A stretch of 64,000 nucleotides of DNA from NCBI GenBank assembly GCA_964035545.1, contig OZ037767.1:7884581-7948580 (forward strand), in the 5' to 3' direction. The notes beneath the pieces were generated by a model, which did not search any database, was not told where the DNA came from, and saw only the letters and a program-made list of their open reading frames with translations. Numbering within the stretch: position 1 is the stretch's first letter; each line of letters opens with the position of its first letter. The position numbers and the translations under genes were made by a program. Source of the DNA: Bugula neritina. Its lineage: Eukaryota > Animalia > Bryozoa. Of the stretch, positions 34,701-49,700 are shown piece after piece.

Positions 34701-37700
34701 AGAACCTTATGTCTATTACCACTCAACACATTTCAGGGCATATATTATATACCAGTACATGTATACACATTAAATGAAACGCATGCATAAATTCCTATAG
34801 TATTTTTATAAACCATTTCAAATTTGTGTAAAATAATTTACTTCAAAAATAATTTAAATGTGCAGTTGAATAGAATATTAGAATTTAACGGTCTAAAATG
34901 ATAAGCATATTAGCTGTGACTGAAAAGAAATACTATACATCAACCTGCAATGAAATCTCAATGATGACAGATTGGTTAGCATCTAGATAGCTTTGAACAT
35001 CAAATTCAGGATTAGAAGGATCTGCAATAAATTAGGAGAAAAATTTTTTTTATCAAGAATGTTGTAAATAAAATATAATAATTTTAAAGAAAAAATATCT
35101 AGCCAACGACAGCTTTAGTGTAAAAAATGACATTGGTTACAAAACAGTATTCTATTAAAATTGAATGTTTATTATATCATAATAAACTAGTACCCTATAT
35201 ATAAGGGAACAGAAGCAGAGATTTAAGACATCAACATCAACAACAATTTATCACCTTAATCACAAAGTAATTTTATGATATTTATAATAATTATTTATAA
35301 TAATTATAATATTTATAAGTTTAATTACTGCTATGAATTATTACAGTGCTACAATTGTTGACAATGATGCTGCGGTAAAAATAGAAATGAATTTGTTATC
35401 AGGCTGATAGCATACTTGTGCAAAGAACTTGAGTTGATAGGATAAGAGTTGGGCCATGTCCAATTGAAGTAAAGGACGTTATGCCACAGTAGACTGTATC
35501 CCCAACGTTAAAACCACACTCTGTCAGTGATTTTTGCAAAGGATTAACTTTGTTCCACTCTGTCGAGTCATTGGTAAAATTTCCAGGTGAAGTATAATTT
35601 TGGCAATTGTACTACAAAAAAATTATATTTGCAATAAGTATGCATCTATGCACCTATAAAAATGCATTAATTAGGAAATTATAGGTTTTCAATCAATTTG
35701 CAGTACAATATCACAAAATGAAGTAAAGAAATGTGTTGCAAAATTACTCTGTACTAAGATTTTTATCTGTATTAGAGCATGTTTTGCATCTGATAACTTG
35801 CTTTTGTCACACTAGCCAATACGCAAGTACTATTGAATTATTATTACAATTTTAGCATTCCTGTTATGAGTTTTACATCAGCTAAAATAACAAAAATAAA
35901 AAGTGTGATTTATTTATAATCAGCAGTTGAAAAATCTAATATTCTCAAGAATTTTTAGGAATTACACAATATACAGTAAATCTTACCACCTTGGTGGTTT
36001 ATAAAACTGCTACATATGATGCTTTGCATTACCCATAGAATTTAAGTTACAATTGGTCGTAAATAAAATTGCATTCGAAAAAAGTATAGAAACACATAAA
36101 TTGTGAAATGCAAAGCTGTGAACAAAGATATTTTAGAAACAGCCTGTTATTAACGCGCACGTTGTGCTATACGTATAGTGGTTTAAACTTCACAAAACAT
36201 ATTAAAAACGCCAATGACAGAACTTAATACAAAAGTTGGTTTCCTTGGTGTAAGTTAAAGCTTTGCAAACACAACTCTAGCATTGCTTAGGCCTAAAGAA
36301 CTGTAACTGGCAAAATTCTTACATCAAGTCATTGAGTTATTGTATTTAGAGTCAAATTTCAGCAGCAATATAAATTGCCTTACCTTGTATTCCGTCATAT
36401 CTCCATTAGACGAAGTTGGTTCAGACCATGTTATGTGCACACAGCTAGAGTTGGTTACATTTCTAGTCAATACAGGAGCTGTTCCGGGAGCTGTAAAATA
36501 CGGTGAGGTGAGAAAGTCAGATTTTGATGCAATTTGCAATAAATTAATAATTTTCAATAACACATCTTGAATTCAATTTAAAGCATTATAAAATAATCAA
36601 AGTGAAAAAAAAAACAAATTTCACTTTAAAAAAAGTTTTAATGAATTTGTAATTAAGTAAATGCTAATTTTTATACATATAATAAGTTAGTTTACATCTA
36701 TTTTATAGCTATAACAGAAAAATAGTATTACATCTGAACGTCACCATTGTACAAGACACTCTGTGAGGTATTATTCAGTTACCTAAGTCGCCAGTCCTCT
36801 CAACAATAGACTCCTCTGTTGACATATTCTCACTGTTGGTAAACCTTAATTTTATAGTGTAGTCAGTGTGAGCTGCTAAGTTAGGGAATGTCAATTCTGA
36901 AGTAAATTCACTATTATCAATGCCAGCTTCTAAAGTTATAATATCCTGTTCGCAGTTAGTCGTGATGTTCTAAAATCAAATTTGAAAAAAAGGTTGTCAT
37001 TATAGGAGATCGAGTTGAAGAAAACAAATATTGAAGCATAATTACAATCACATCAACTGCAGCCAACTTAGGTTTACCTAAATAAAGCGAAAAGGTAATC
37101 ATAACAAGATTTCAAATAACTGACCTGCATAATGATTCGAACAAAAAATTGCAAATACTTCATTATTCATTCAATGCATATTTTATATATTTGAAAGATT
37201 GCATGAAAAATAAGGCATTGCCACTTCTATATACATAGCTAAAAATTTGTGACATACTGTGTTACTGGATTATTTTGGTGTTTGTGCATGTTTCATATTT
37301 ATTAAAATACAGTAGTATATTATTATGATGTACTACAACATTACTAAATCTGAAATATCTATCTGACACTGTATCAACCTATACTTCCTACAACTAACCT
37401 GCGTCATGTTAACAGTGATAGTCCTGGTGTTGTTTTCAGAAATGTAATCTTGGGACAGTTCTATTTCTCCAATTAATTCTGGATCTGAAATTCAAAATCT
37501 CGATATACAGCAGCAGTCACGCTCTATTGAACTGCATTTTCTAATACTAGGTAACAGTTTATAAAAAAAAGTTCGGGCATAATTAAGACAATATAAATTT
37601 GATTCGCCTCAAATAGAAATAGCAAATAACCCACCAGCAGTCATGTTCAAAAATGTTCAACTTTTGTTACGTATATTATAATAATATTGTACAAGTAGCA

Positions 37701-40700
37701 ACAGCGATATTGTCTAAATGCACTTTTTAAGAATTTGGGACACAAAGTTTCATCTCTATGTAACATGCACATGATATTAGCTAGTGTGCTGTGAGAAAGC
37801 AACTGGGTGTTAGAGCATTAGCTTAGTGAACAGAAAGTCATAAGTTCGAATCCGAGTAAAGACAATTGTTTGTGCCAGGAAAAGCACCCAGTCATAATTA
37901 CTTCTGTGTTACATCGGAATGGATTCTTAGTCTGCGTTAAAAACATTTACAGGAATAATGACAACTAACTTGCATGAGTTTTTACTATTAGTGTGTGATG
38001 AGAACAACAAGCTAGCTGTTAAAATACAAGCAAACATATACTAGACAACCTGCACAAAGAGTTGAGACGTTTCTAACTTCTGTTGTAACCCCGGCACTGT
38101 TCTGTGCTTTCACTTCACAGCTTACTGCAGTATAAGGACTGTAGATACACACACTTCTTGCTGTTTCTTGGTTAAGGTCAAGATCAGTCCATGTACTTTC
38201 TTCACTACATTTGCTCTAGATTATTAATAATGTAGGTGTATGTATTATATATAGCATCTGACATTGTACAACTTTAAACGCTTAGAAAACAAAGAGTGTA
38301 GAAGGTTATATAGCTACAGTTTGCAATAGATTGATCTGAGCCTAATATAATATTAAAGATCACACTCAAAACCATCACAGCTGCAAACTTTTTAAGATTT
38401 ATTATATAAATAGTTTTCATTTCATCACACTGCATGTTTAGATAATTTTGTGAACAAATAGGATAAAAACAATAGTGTGAGCTTAATATTACTATAGTGT
38501 ACAAAGCAAAAGTTTGACTGCTTTTAGTATATCTGTACTTTTAGGAGGTAAAACATTAAATTTTTAATTTTTTAAATAATAAAACAAAGATCTCCTTATC
38601 AGAGATTGAATATTTCAATATTGTTTTATTAAACAAATTATTTGCTTTTAAATATCCTTTTATGTTATAATGCATCAGCAAAAATCAGTTGCCAGAACTC
38701 AAAGCAGCAACATTGTAGGTCAAAATTACAAAATCTTGAGCCAACAGTAGGGATAAAGAAACTGCTGTTATAAGCATGTTTTGCAGTAGCTAAATCACAC
38801 CTGGAATGTAGTTAGATGTCCACCTGGGTATTTAGGTCTTTTAACTGTCAATTGGATACACTGAAAGGAGTTGGTAGTTATTATTATGTCAGTTTCTTCA
38901 AACTGTGGAACTAAAATATAATATTAGTACAAATAGCCAGTCTTTTAAGCAATAGTAATAGGAATAAAGTATTTGCCACTGTGTTACCTTTCCAATTGGC
39001 AATATATGCCCACCTAGCTCATCGGCTCTCCAGTCCATCACTACTGGTGTAGATAGTCCATGTGAGTTTCTAGACCAGATAGTAAATTTATACAGCTGAC
39101 CTCCATCTAAATGTACTGTATAGAATGTATTATCAGTCTGTTCAGTGGTTTCTGTGTTGTTACTGTTATAGGTGTATGATATTGTGCCATGACAGTTCAC
39201 TCTGCTAGGAGGCTAAAAATTAATAATATTTCAATTTAAATTAAATTTGAATTATACTATAAGCCATGTACTATTAGTGCACCAGAAAAGAGATATTCAT
39301 ATATTGAAATTTGCAATATTGTTTAGGTATAATACTTTACAAGAGTTTGACTTTCCTTAAGTGTCTGAACCATTAATTGTTCGATTTTTCAATCATATTT
39401 GAAACTTTTTTATTTATGAGTTATAGGAGTTTCAGAGTTTTCTACGTAGTTAGGTACAGTAGTGGAGAAATTTCATTATGCCTAACCTTCCGTTCACACA
39501 TTGCCATATCATATTATGCTGTAATTACAGCACAAAAAAATGTTACATTTTGTCAACAGGTTTTAACACATTGACGTAAAAGTACAAAGCATGACATTGA
39601 GCTGTGGTGACTTGTGGTCTTTGAATCTTATTTACTTAGTTGTCGCAACATTTTTCTCAAAAGATATGATAGAAAAGCCATTGACTACATAAAAGCAATT
39701 AAAAGAAAAAAAATCTTTTTTTAATTATATGTGTCGTTAAAATAATTGTGCAAACTAATTTGAATAATAAATATTTTAGCCGTCCAAATCATTTTCAAGT
39801 TTTTGGTTTGCCTGCTTTTGTGACTAGGGAAAGCTAGATTTTTAAGCTGAGTTTAATTTAAACAAGCCGGATAAATATTTTTTAATCTTTCAAAATTTTT
39901 GAATTAGTTAAATTAAATCAACAATAAGCGATTAAAATAAACTAGCGAAAATATTTTAAAATTTTAGTACCAGATCAACTCTACCCAATGGAAGCCCACC
40001 GTAAATTTTTGAATCAAGCACTGCTTGATTAACTCTGCAGCCTATACCAGGGTACGATTCAGCCCGGATGTTACATTTCCTGTTACAGCGCAAGGTACGG
40101 CAATGCATGAACAGGGGTAAGTTCTTTTAATTTTCTTTATATAATTTTAGTAATAATTTCCTTTGCTACATGTTCTCTCCAGAGCATAGTTTATTTTCTC
40201 ATTTCTTTATTACTGAATTTACTTTTCTTTGAGGGGGGATATAATTGTTTTCATAAACCAACTTTTTTTAATGTCAAAATTGTAAAAAGTCATCAGCCTA
40301 TCTTATCAGTATGATATCAGTTGACTACAAATTGCTTTTTATAAATCTGCATGGATTTATTTATGTAACTTAATAGTATTAATTTGTAAATTCCAAATTT
40401 AATACGCAACATTTTAGCTTTAAAACTCAACATGCATGTATATATAATATAGATTTAGCAAATTCCTTGCCAACTAGCATATAACCATTCACTTGAACAC
40501 CACTTATTTCAGTATCTAACTGGAACTACTAATGCATTTGCAATTCCAGTCATAAAAAAAATAATCAGATCAAATTAAGAGAATTTAAAATATTTCTTTA
40601 TAATTTCAAAGTTGATTAAGTGTTCTATGAGTTTACAATAAAATTTTCAATCACAAAACCAGACCCAGATTTTAAGCTCCAATAAAAGCACAAGCTAAAA

Positions 40701-43700
40701 CTAGGCTACGCATCTTGGAATTAGTATAAAATCTAAACTAGTAATTTAAAAAAATAATTGCTTTTTGGAGATTTGCTTTAAACGTCTGTAGAAATAGAGC
40801 TCAATTTGCAATATTAAGCTTTTAAATGAACTCCAATAGTAGACTCAGCATGTTAGATTAATAGATTAAAATGATAGAAACTCACATTCCATTTAATAGT
40901 GTACTTCCAAGTTTCTCTGCCCAACTCTTCAGACTTCTCCTTGTCTAAATCACTTGTAGCAACTACACCTGGTGGATCTGGATCTACAGAGAGTAAGCAC
41001 CAGCAGATAATACTAATTCTATAATAGGATAATATTAAGTCACAATTAAGTTACAGATTCTATTCAACCTTCGCAATTTATTATTATGAAAAAAATAAAT
41101 GCAGTGTATCATTACCGCACATGTTTTAAAATGACTTGGAATTCTGAAAAGTTGATTATTCAAAAACTAATATACATCAAATTATAGAAAAGAGATCAAG
41201 CATCAGTTTGAATCAAATAACATCTGGTTGTCTCAACTGTGTGCAAAAGTGTTACTGAAGACGCACGACATGTTACTACATATACGCAGCTAAAAGTCAG
41301 CTAAGACAGATAGTAGTGAAAACTACAAAACATAATTTTTCATTACAGCTATATACAAATAGTGCTATAACTAGTTTCGCTAACTTTTTGTCAAAAGCCA
41401 TCATAGCTAGTAATGATACATGCACTCACTTGCACAACTTGTGTATGCTGATTTCGTTTCTATCTGACTAGTTCCATTTTTGATCAGTACAACCACTATA
41501 CAAGTCACATTGGTGTATGGCTGATAGTTACAAGAAGATCTAGCAAAAGATAAGTCACTCCCTGTCACAATGGTCCACTCTTTGTCGGTACAATTCCACT
41601 AAAGTTTGCAAAAAATGTAAAAAAAACTCAGTATTTTATACATTTTTAGGAAATATAAAGGTTCTATCGTTGAAACATCATAAACACATAGTTCTATGTA
41701 AATAACCAAGTTAGAAAAAATTACCACAAAGCTTTCAAAACTACTAAAAGAAATTTAACAATGTTATTAAAAATAGAAACTACCATACCTCGTATCTGGC
41801 TATGGATTCTCCTGCTACTAGTTGTGGCTGATTCCAAGTAAACTCTATGCAGTCAGAAGAAGTGTTGGTTAGTTGAGAGTTCAGGGATTTGGTTAAAGAA
41901 TCTTCAAACAACAATTATAGTTGTTAGAAAAGCAACATTATACAACTTTGATTATTTAAAAATAATAGTTGACATGCACAGTTGACTAGGCAACTGCTAT
42001 AAGCTGCTTACATCAGGTATTCTCACTATAGCTACTGGTTTCATATACAAAGTAAAGAATCTACAGGTTTTGAGAAACTGTTTTGGTAAAAACATTATTA
42101 TAAGCTATTTTAATTGAAAAAAGAAATTAACATTCTGTCCTAAATAAATACACACAGTAGAAAAAAGAAAAGTCTATTTCTCATAAGTAAGATATTAATT
42201 ACCACACATTGTTTCACCAATTATAATATAATAATAATTAATATAGTATTACTTACTTGACTCATACACCGTTACTTCTGTCAAAGAGAGAGGCTCAGTA
42301 CTTTCACTGTACACAGCAACATGCCTTGCAGATATCTGTGGACTAAACTCTATGATCCTAACAGGTCCATATGCTTTACTATTGGGACCATCTCTTACTG
42401 CCCAGGTGGTAGCACTTAAAGATGGTGGACCAGGTGAATAGACATCTGATGTCAACACTGATATCTTCACAAATCTGTAATCTTTAAAAAGAATATAGAT
42501 CGAGCTAGCAAAACGTCCATACTAAGGAAAAGATGTCATTTCAACATCGTCATATTATATAAGAAAAATATAATGCTTATAATACTTCTACAACAAAAAA
42601 ATGAAATAATAAATTAATGGCAATGAACAGATAATGTATCATTACTAAAAGAATTAATTTTTTACTTCATGAGTCTCTCAGACTATAATTTTCACTAAAA
42701 GTATTTTTTGACCATGCCTACTTTTTAATTGTTGAACAATTACTAAGCAATAATTTAATGCATCCCAATGATTCACATGCAAATTTGTTGCTATAGCAAA
42801 TAAAACAAAAAGTAAATAATAACAATCAAGTCAGTAAAAAGCCTCAAAATAATGCTCAGTTTTACTCATATATGGGTCATTTTACTTAATTTAGTACACA
42901 CTGGAAATCTCCAGTTTTTAGCTATTTTTCACAATTTAGCTGCTAATGAACATGAGTTTTTGCCCATATCAGTAAAATATTTATAAATACATCTAAATAA
43001 TCAAAGTTCTTCTTAATTTTGCTTGATTTCCCATGTTTTTCTTATTTATTTAGATAATTTGGATTGCGGGCTTTTATGAAAAAAACGTAATGGTCTGCAA
43101 TCAGAAGTAGCTGAATAAATAAAGCAAAAAGTAAATAATAACAATCAAGTCAGTAAAAAGCCTCAAACTATTTCTCAGTTTTACTCATATTATATATTGC
43201 CTGACCACAACACAGGTAGAGTACATGCACAAACTTTGTTTACAGCCATTCAAATGCAAATTAATTTAGGCCATCTCACTGCAAATTAGGAACAAAACAA
43301 AATATTTTATTCAGCTTTGTTACCTTTAACTTATTCTTGCTCAACTTTATGCGTATTCATTTCATTCGTTAACTATTTTATTATAACTACATTTAGTGTC
43401 CTTTTTGTAATATTTAAATGTTGAAAATTGCAGCAACCAAGTTACTTATAAATTTGTGCTTTTAAACATAATTGCAGTCTTCTATTCTTTTTCAAATTTG
43501 AAGCAAATCTATACCCTTTTTTAAAATATTACTACATGTATGCTTTAGTTGTTTTTAGTAATAATTGCAGAATGATTACCAAAAAATACTGCATGAGTAA
43601 GACATGCGGTAATATTATGTCGAAATTGTTTAGACTTGTTCTAAATTTAAAAAAAACACAATTACAAAAAAAATTGAGTAAACTTACAATACTTGGCAGC

Positions 43701-46700
43701 TTCTCCAGGATCTCCCAACCTGTTGTATAACTCTATTCTACCAATATGATAAGATATTCCAAGGTCTAGCCTCCACCACTAATTGTCTCCACTGTTACTA
43801 CCTGATGAGTGAGTGAAGTCACTTGCCACATCAATTATTTCATTAACTGCTAGACTTGCTGGATAAGTTGTAGCAGGATCAAAATTATCCAGCTGGTGAG
43901 TATACTTCTTATAGGCGATGTTGCAGCTTCCTAAAACGATTATAATAATGCTAGATTAGCTAACTTTAAATGCAACCTACTATTTATTGTTTATTCATTA
44001 TCTCCGTAAATCTTTGCATGCATGGTTATCATAAACAAAAAACATGGGCTAAATGTTCATGTTGTTTTATATTTTCCTAGTTTAATTATTTTATTATACT
44101 TTATTATATTTTATTATTATATTTTTAACTTATTAGAAGTACCTGTGTTTCCTGTTTGTATAGTCTGACTCACTTCCTGGCTAGCATCTCCTTCTACTAC
44201 AGCCATTACAGTACATGTGACCTGTGTAGAGGGGGTAACTCCACAAGCTCTTGCAAATGGTACATCAGAAGAAACACTGGCCCAATTGTGACCACCGCAT
44301 TTATACTGACAAACAATAATAAAAAACACATATAGTATAAGTTATAGGCATGGGACAAGTGCAGCATACATTTTTTTAGTTTAACTAAGCTATAGGCTAA
44401 GTTTTACATTTATTCAAAAACTTCTCTAACAAACTTATATACACTATGGAAGAATCACTCTAATACAATAAGTTTCGGCTATTCTAACAATACTGATTAC
44501 ACTATAAGTAGAAATTATAAGTTGTGAAGGAAAAGTGTGTAATGATGTTTGTATGTTTTGTAACTTTTCTGTTATTAAGATTTGGAGATGACTGTGATCA
44601 GGAAACTTGAACAGGTATACCTTGTCAGAGTGCTAGAGCCTGGTTCAATCAAGATACTTTTTTGTTACACTTACAGTATGAAAGTAGCACTTATATCAAC
44701 AGCACTATTCACATATAATATAACACGCACAGACGAACACACATAAATGAACTTTATATAGGCTGATTTACCCATGCAACATTTGCAGTTTGGTGAAATT
44801 TGTTTAATAATATTTTGTAGCATGTATAATTATGTACCATTTTACTAGCAAAACCATATTTTTGATAAATTTAAATCTCACAACCTTAAACATAGTTCCT
44901 AATGGTATAGCTCCTATATCCCATAACCAACAGCAATTACCTCATATCTTAAGAGGTTTCCATTAGTTCCTTGTAATGCTGTCCATTCCAAATCAATGCA
45001 GGTGCTGCCACATTGTAATAGAGTCAGTGTTATCAATCCATCAACTAATACTGTCAAATATAAGATTATACAAATAAACATTCTGTTACAATAATCATTC
45101 TACATTTATATTCAGTTAGAAATTGCTATCATGGCACTCAACTTAATCGAGTCATGAAAAAACATAATAACTTATGTTGCAGTGTATTTTCAATTAAATT
45201 GTTTATATTTGTTAACAATTTGTCAATTGAAATTGTGAATTAAAACCCTATCAATGTGATCATGTGACTATATACATGAAAATTAAAACCAATTATTGAT
45301 AGTGCATGAAGCAAAATTACACAAGTGAAAATAGCAGTCTTATAATCTGTACACTGGTGACAGTGTTTCAGACTGCTAGTGTTACATCATATGCAAGACA
45401 TTTATTGTTCATTATATTATAATTTCATTGAATTAAAATCATTTTATAAACTGAGATACGCTGTTGAAATGATAATGACTGTTTTTCAGCTAAAAGTCAT
45501 TTTTTGACTCATTGCACAACTAGTCATAATGAACTTTCCAGTAAAATGAAGTTTGCATTCTTTAACAGACAGAGTTTGTAAACAACAGAAACCTTAATAA
45601 ATCTGTTTTACTAGTAATCCATTAAGTTACTAAAATTATTTACAAGACATATAGATTGCAAAGGACAGTATATGGATTTGATACAATTGATTTTTTACCT
45701 GACACATAAATTTCTACTTCAGTTAAAGCTAAAGCACTGCTAGGAGTAGACCTGTATACAGCTACATATCTGGCATATATTTGTGGGTTGAACAGTATGA
45801 TACCAACTGGACCATAAGGATCAACTTGATAGCTCTGCTCTGTCCATTGCAAGCAGTTGCGACATGGTAGAACTGAGTTTGTTGTTGATGTCAGAATAGA
45901 GATGTTATCTAGTCTGTCATCTGAATAAAACAACATGAGCAGTAAATAATATAGTAAGTTAAAGACAGGTGGCAAATATCCAATTATATTTAACAAAGCA
46001 GCTGACTGAGTGGTAGCAAGTAAATCAACTTTTAATAAATGAAATTTATATTGTGGTAAAAAGATTGTCATAATAATATGCTAAGCTCCACCTACATAGT
46101 TATTCACAATAATATTGTCAAAACAATGAAATTTGAGTGAAATACAAATAAAATGTGTATAAATTGGTCAATATTAGCACTGAGAGTTTTAATCAATACA
46201 ATGCGCTCAATCCAGAAAAATGTGCCAGGGGTTAGAATAAGTACTACAAATATGCTTTTTAAAATGTAGACCAAGAGTCATTTAACTTAAGATTATACTA
46301 ACAGTAAGGACCATTCGAATTCCCTCCTTGTCTGTTAAACAACTCTATTCTCCCAATAAAGAAATTACTGTGTAGATCCACTCTCCACCAGGAACCATCA
46401 TTTAAGCCTGTGTGTGAGAAATCATTATAGTTTCCATTATTTCCGCTTGCAGCATAATATGCTTCATTGTTATCTAGAGAGTCAATTTGATAAGGTTTCC
46501 CTTGCCTTGCAATGTTAACAGGTCCTAAAACAGAGTTTAAGTAATGATATAAACAATTTATCATACAAAGTATACATTTGCATCCCATTTCTAAAAAAAA
46601 TGTCTTTTAAACTGAAGTGTTGAACTAATTGAATTTACATGCCACTCAGGAAAGGTTCAGCTATAACTTGATTTCATAGCAGAATAAAAAAATATTTTTG

Positions 46701-49700
46701 ATTAGATTTCAAATGTAAAACTATACTCTAATTTTGGTTATTCACAGCTTATAGAGCTTTTGTAATTTTCTGAAAAACTGAAACTCCCCCCATCACACTT
46801 GAACCAGCAGAGAATTGGACCAACAATTTTAAACTATAGTTTTACTTTTAGATTCTAGCTGAATTATTGCTCTCTTAGTATTTATTGATTAAATACACTA
46901 TACAAAATATATGTATAGTTTGATAAACATATTATAAGCTGCTTTGAAATAATTAGAACCTGGAGCCCAATTGAAACCATTGGATAAGTGAACCTATGTA
47001 AACTCTCACAGATCAAGGAAGAGATCCTTTGCTTCCATGACAGTTCAACAGGTGAATAAAGAAAACAATCATCAACTCACTTGCACTGCCAGTAGTAATG
47101 GCTGCACTACTTTGCTGACTCTCACCAGAGTTTACCACACCAATGACTGTACACACAACATCAGTCTCTTCTGTATATCCACTTACAGTTACTGGCAACT
47201 CTTCATTAACATTGTGAACTATCCAGTCTTTATCAGTACATTTGTACTACAAGTTTATAAGAGCAGAGAGTTAAGATACTTATAACACAAATATACCATA
47301 TACTCAGCATCCATGTTTAGTTATGGTGATGGTATTTTTGGTGAACAATTAAAACGCTACTATAAAAGTTGAATACTAAAAATTCAACTCTGACTTTTGG
47401 CAATATCAAAATGATAGACGTTTAAATGTGCTCTGTGTTATCAGGAGAAGCAATAGCAGCACTAAAATCATAGTGCTTCTCCCCACCACTGACCAGTATA
47501 CTGTGAACATAAACTCTCTTGCTTAATCATAATCTTAATTGACAGTTTGTTTTCAGTAAAAGCATAAGTGAAGCTTTTAATTTTGAATATCAAGAAAGTG
47601 TTTTTGCTTCATTCTACTAAAAAAGTAAGATATTCACAGTTTTCTTATGTGACTTTCTTATAAAGATTTTGAAAACAAACTGCTATAACTTGTTAGTACT
47701 ATACAGAAAAACTCCTCGAATAACTTAAAAGAAGACAACTCATCTAGCAAATATTGACGGAATTTATTTTGCTTCTTAGATAAATAGCTTTTGCTTACCT
47801 CATAACGTGCAACATTTTGAGCTGTAATGAGTGTACTCCAGGTGAGTGTCACACTGTCTACATCAGTACTAGCAAGTGTAAGGTTTAAAGATGGGAGTTG
47901 AAAAGCTGCAAGTAATAATGATGTTTTTTTAGTATCGCTGCACATCACTATGTGTGAGAAATATTCAAAGGTCTGTACAAAAAATATTTTTTCCTCTTTT
48001 GAATCCATAAATAATTTTAAAATCGGTTATATTCTATCAAGCAAGTATAATTTTTTATTATAGTATTATATAACATAAAACTATAAAAAATCAAAACATT
48101 TATCAGATTAAAATTTATAAAAATATTTTTTATAAAGCTATCATCTTGTTATTTAATAACAGGTTTATTAAACAGTATATATGTTATACTTTGACAACTT
48201 ATATTATGATGCCTAAACATTTCAAATAATTATTTTAGTTACATTTGTAGAAACTTTGAGCTCTAGATAGTAATTATTTTTTGCAGTTAGATCAACTCAA
48301 TTAGTTAGAGTCTAGAGATACTTCAAGTTGTTCATATTTCAGAAAAAAATTTCTTCCTTACAAATGTCATGAACCATTAAAAAGAATTTAGGTTTATATA
48401 AAGCTCAAATTACTCTAAGAAGATATATGATATGATATGATGCAATCATGACAGTGTAGACTCTAGTACATTAAAGTTATTTATTGAAATCAGCTCATTT
48501 TGTTTGTACTTTCACAAGCGTATAATATATATTATATACTATGCTTTTTTCATCTTTTCAGATTTAAAAGAACTCACATGAATCATATACTTCCACTTGT
48601 GCTAAGGCCAGCTGAGCATTATTCTCACTGAACACAGCCACCCATGTAGCTGACACAGGAGGGTTTAGTTGTATGATGCCAACAGGTCCATATGGTTCTT
48701 CCTGGTAACTTCTTATAGTCCAATACCGAGATGTTGGTGAAGGAAAATAAGCTGCTGTACCTTTTTCAAACACTGCATTTGAAGTAAGAATGTATATCTT
48801 TGCCAAATCATTATCTACAATCAAATGAGTGGAGTAATTTATTGTAATAATCGTAGGACTGTTGGTTCACTTTTTAAAATTTGTCTATAACTATTTTGTT
48901 TTTATTACATGCATTATAGCTTTAGATATGAAATACACAATCACAACCTGCATTTTAGTCCATCATCCTCATTAAATATGAATTGAAATTGGCACTTTCA
49001 TTGTATGGTTTTATTCTATCCTGCTTTGTAATATAGCCATGAATATATCATATACTCACATTGGTGGGTTCCAGCAGCATTTCTGGGTCTGTTGTGTATT
49101 TCTATTTTACTGACTAACATTGATCCTCCAGTAAGTTGTATTCTCCACCAGGCATTACTATTAGAACTAGTCCAAGAGAAGCTGCTGTAGTCAGAATCGT
49201 TTGCTTTTATACTAAAGTGTTGATTATTATATGAGTTGATCTGATCAGCATCTCCTTGCAGGCGGGAACCTACTCAAAAAAAGTAAATTGATACTAAGAA
49301 TTTATTTTTTATTCTCACAATGACATTAATTTGGCTATGGCCAATAGCTTGAAACTTTTTGAATATGCATGCATGAGTAAGCAATAAACGTGACACCATA
49401 TATAATGTTTCTATAAATGGTAATTTTAATATAAAAGTATAATTTCATTCATGCTAAATTTGCAAATATAAATTTTAACTATATGGATAATTATATGAGA
49501 AACATATGGTTTTATTAGTTGTTAAACAAAGTTTATAATTAACTAATATTTTTTAGACAACACTGTGCCCATTTTCTGAGTTACAATGGATGATGAAAAT
49601 TCACTCTGAATATGGGCACAGTAGTGCCTGAAATATTAGTTAATTACTTTGTTTAATAAAGTAATAAAACCAAATGTTTTTAGTATACTTATTCATAATT

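Noticed and set aside
39980-40125. GC-richer island in a gene B intron ending in a plus-strand gtaagt
   Set aside because: No recognisable protein motif, structure or second copy; I cannot support a call.
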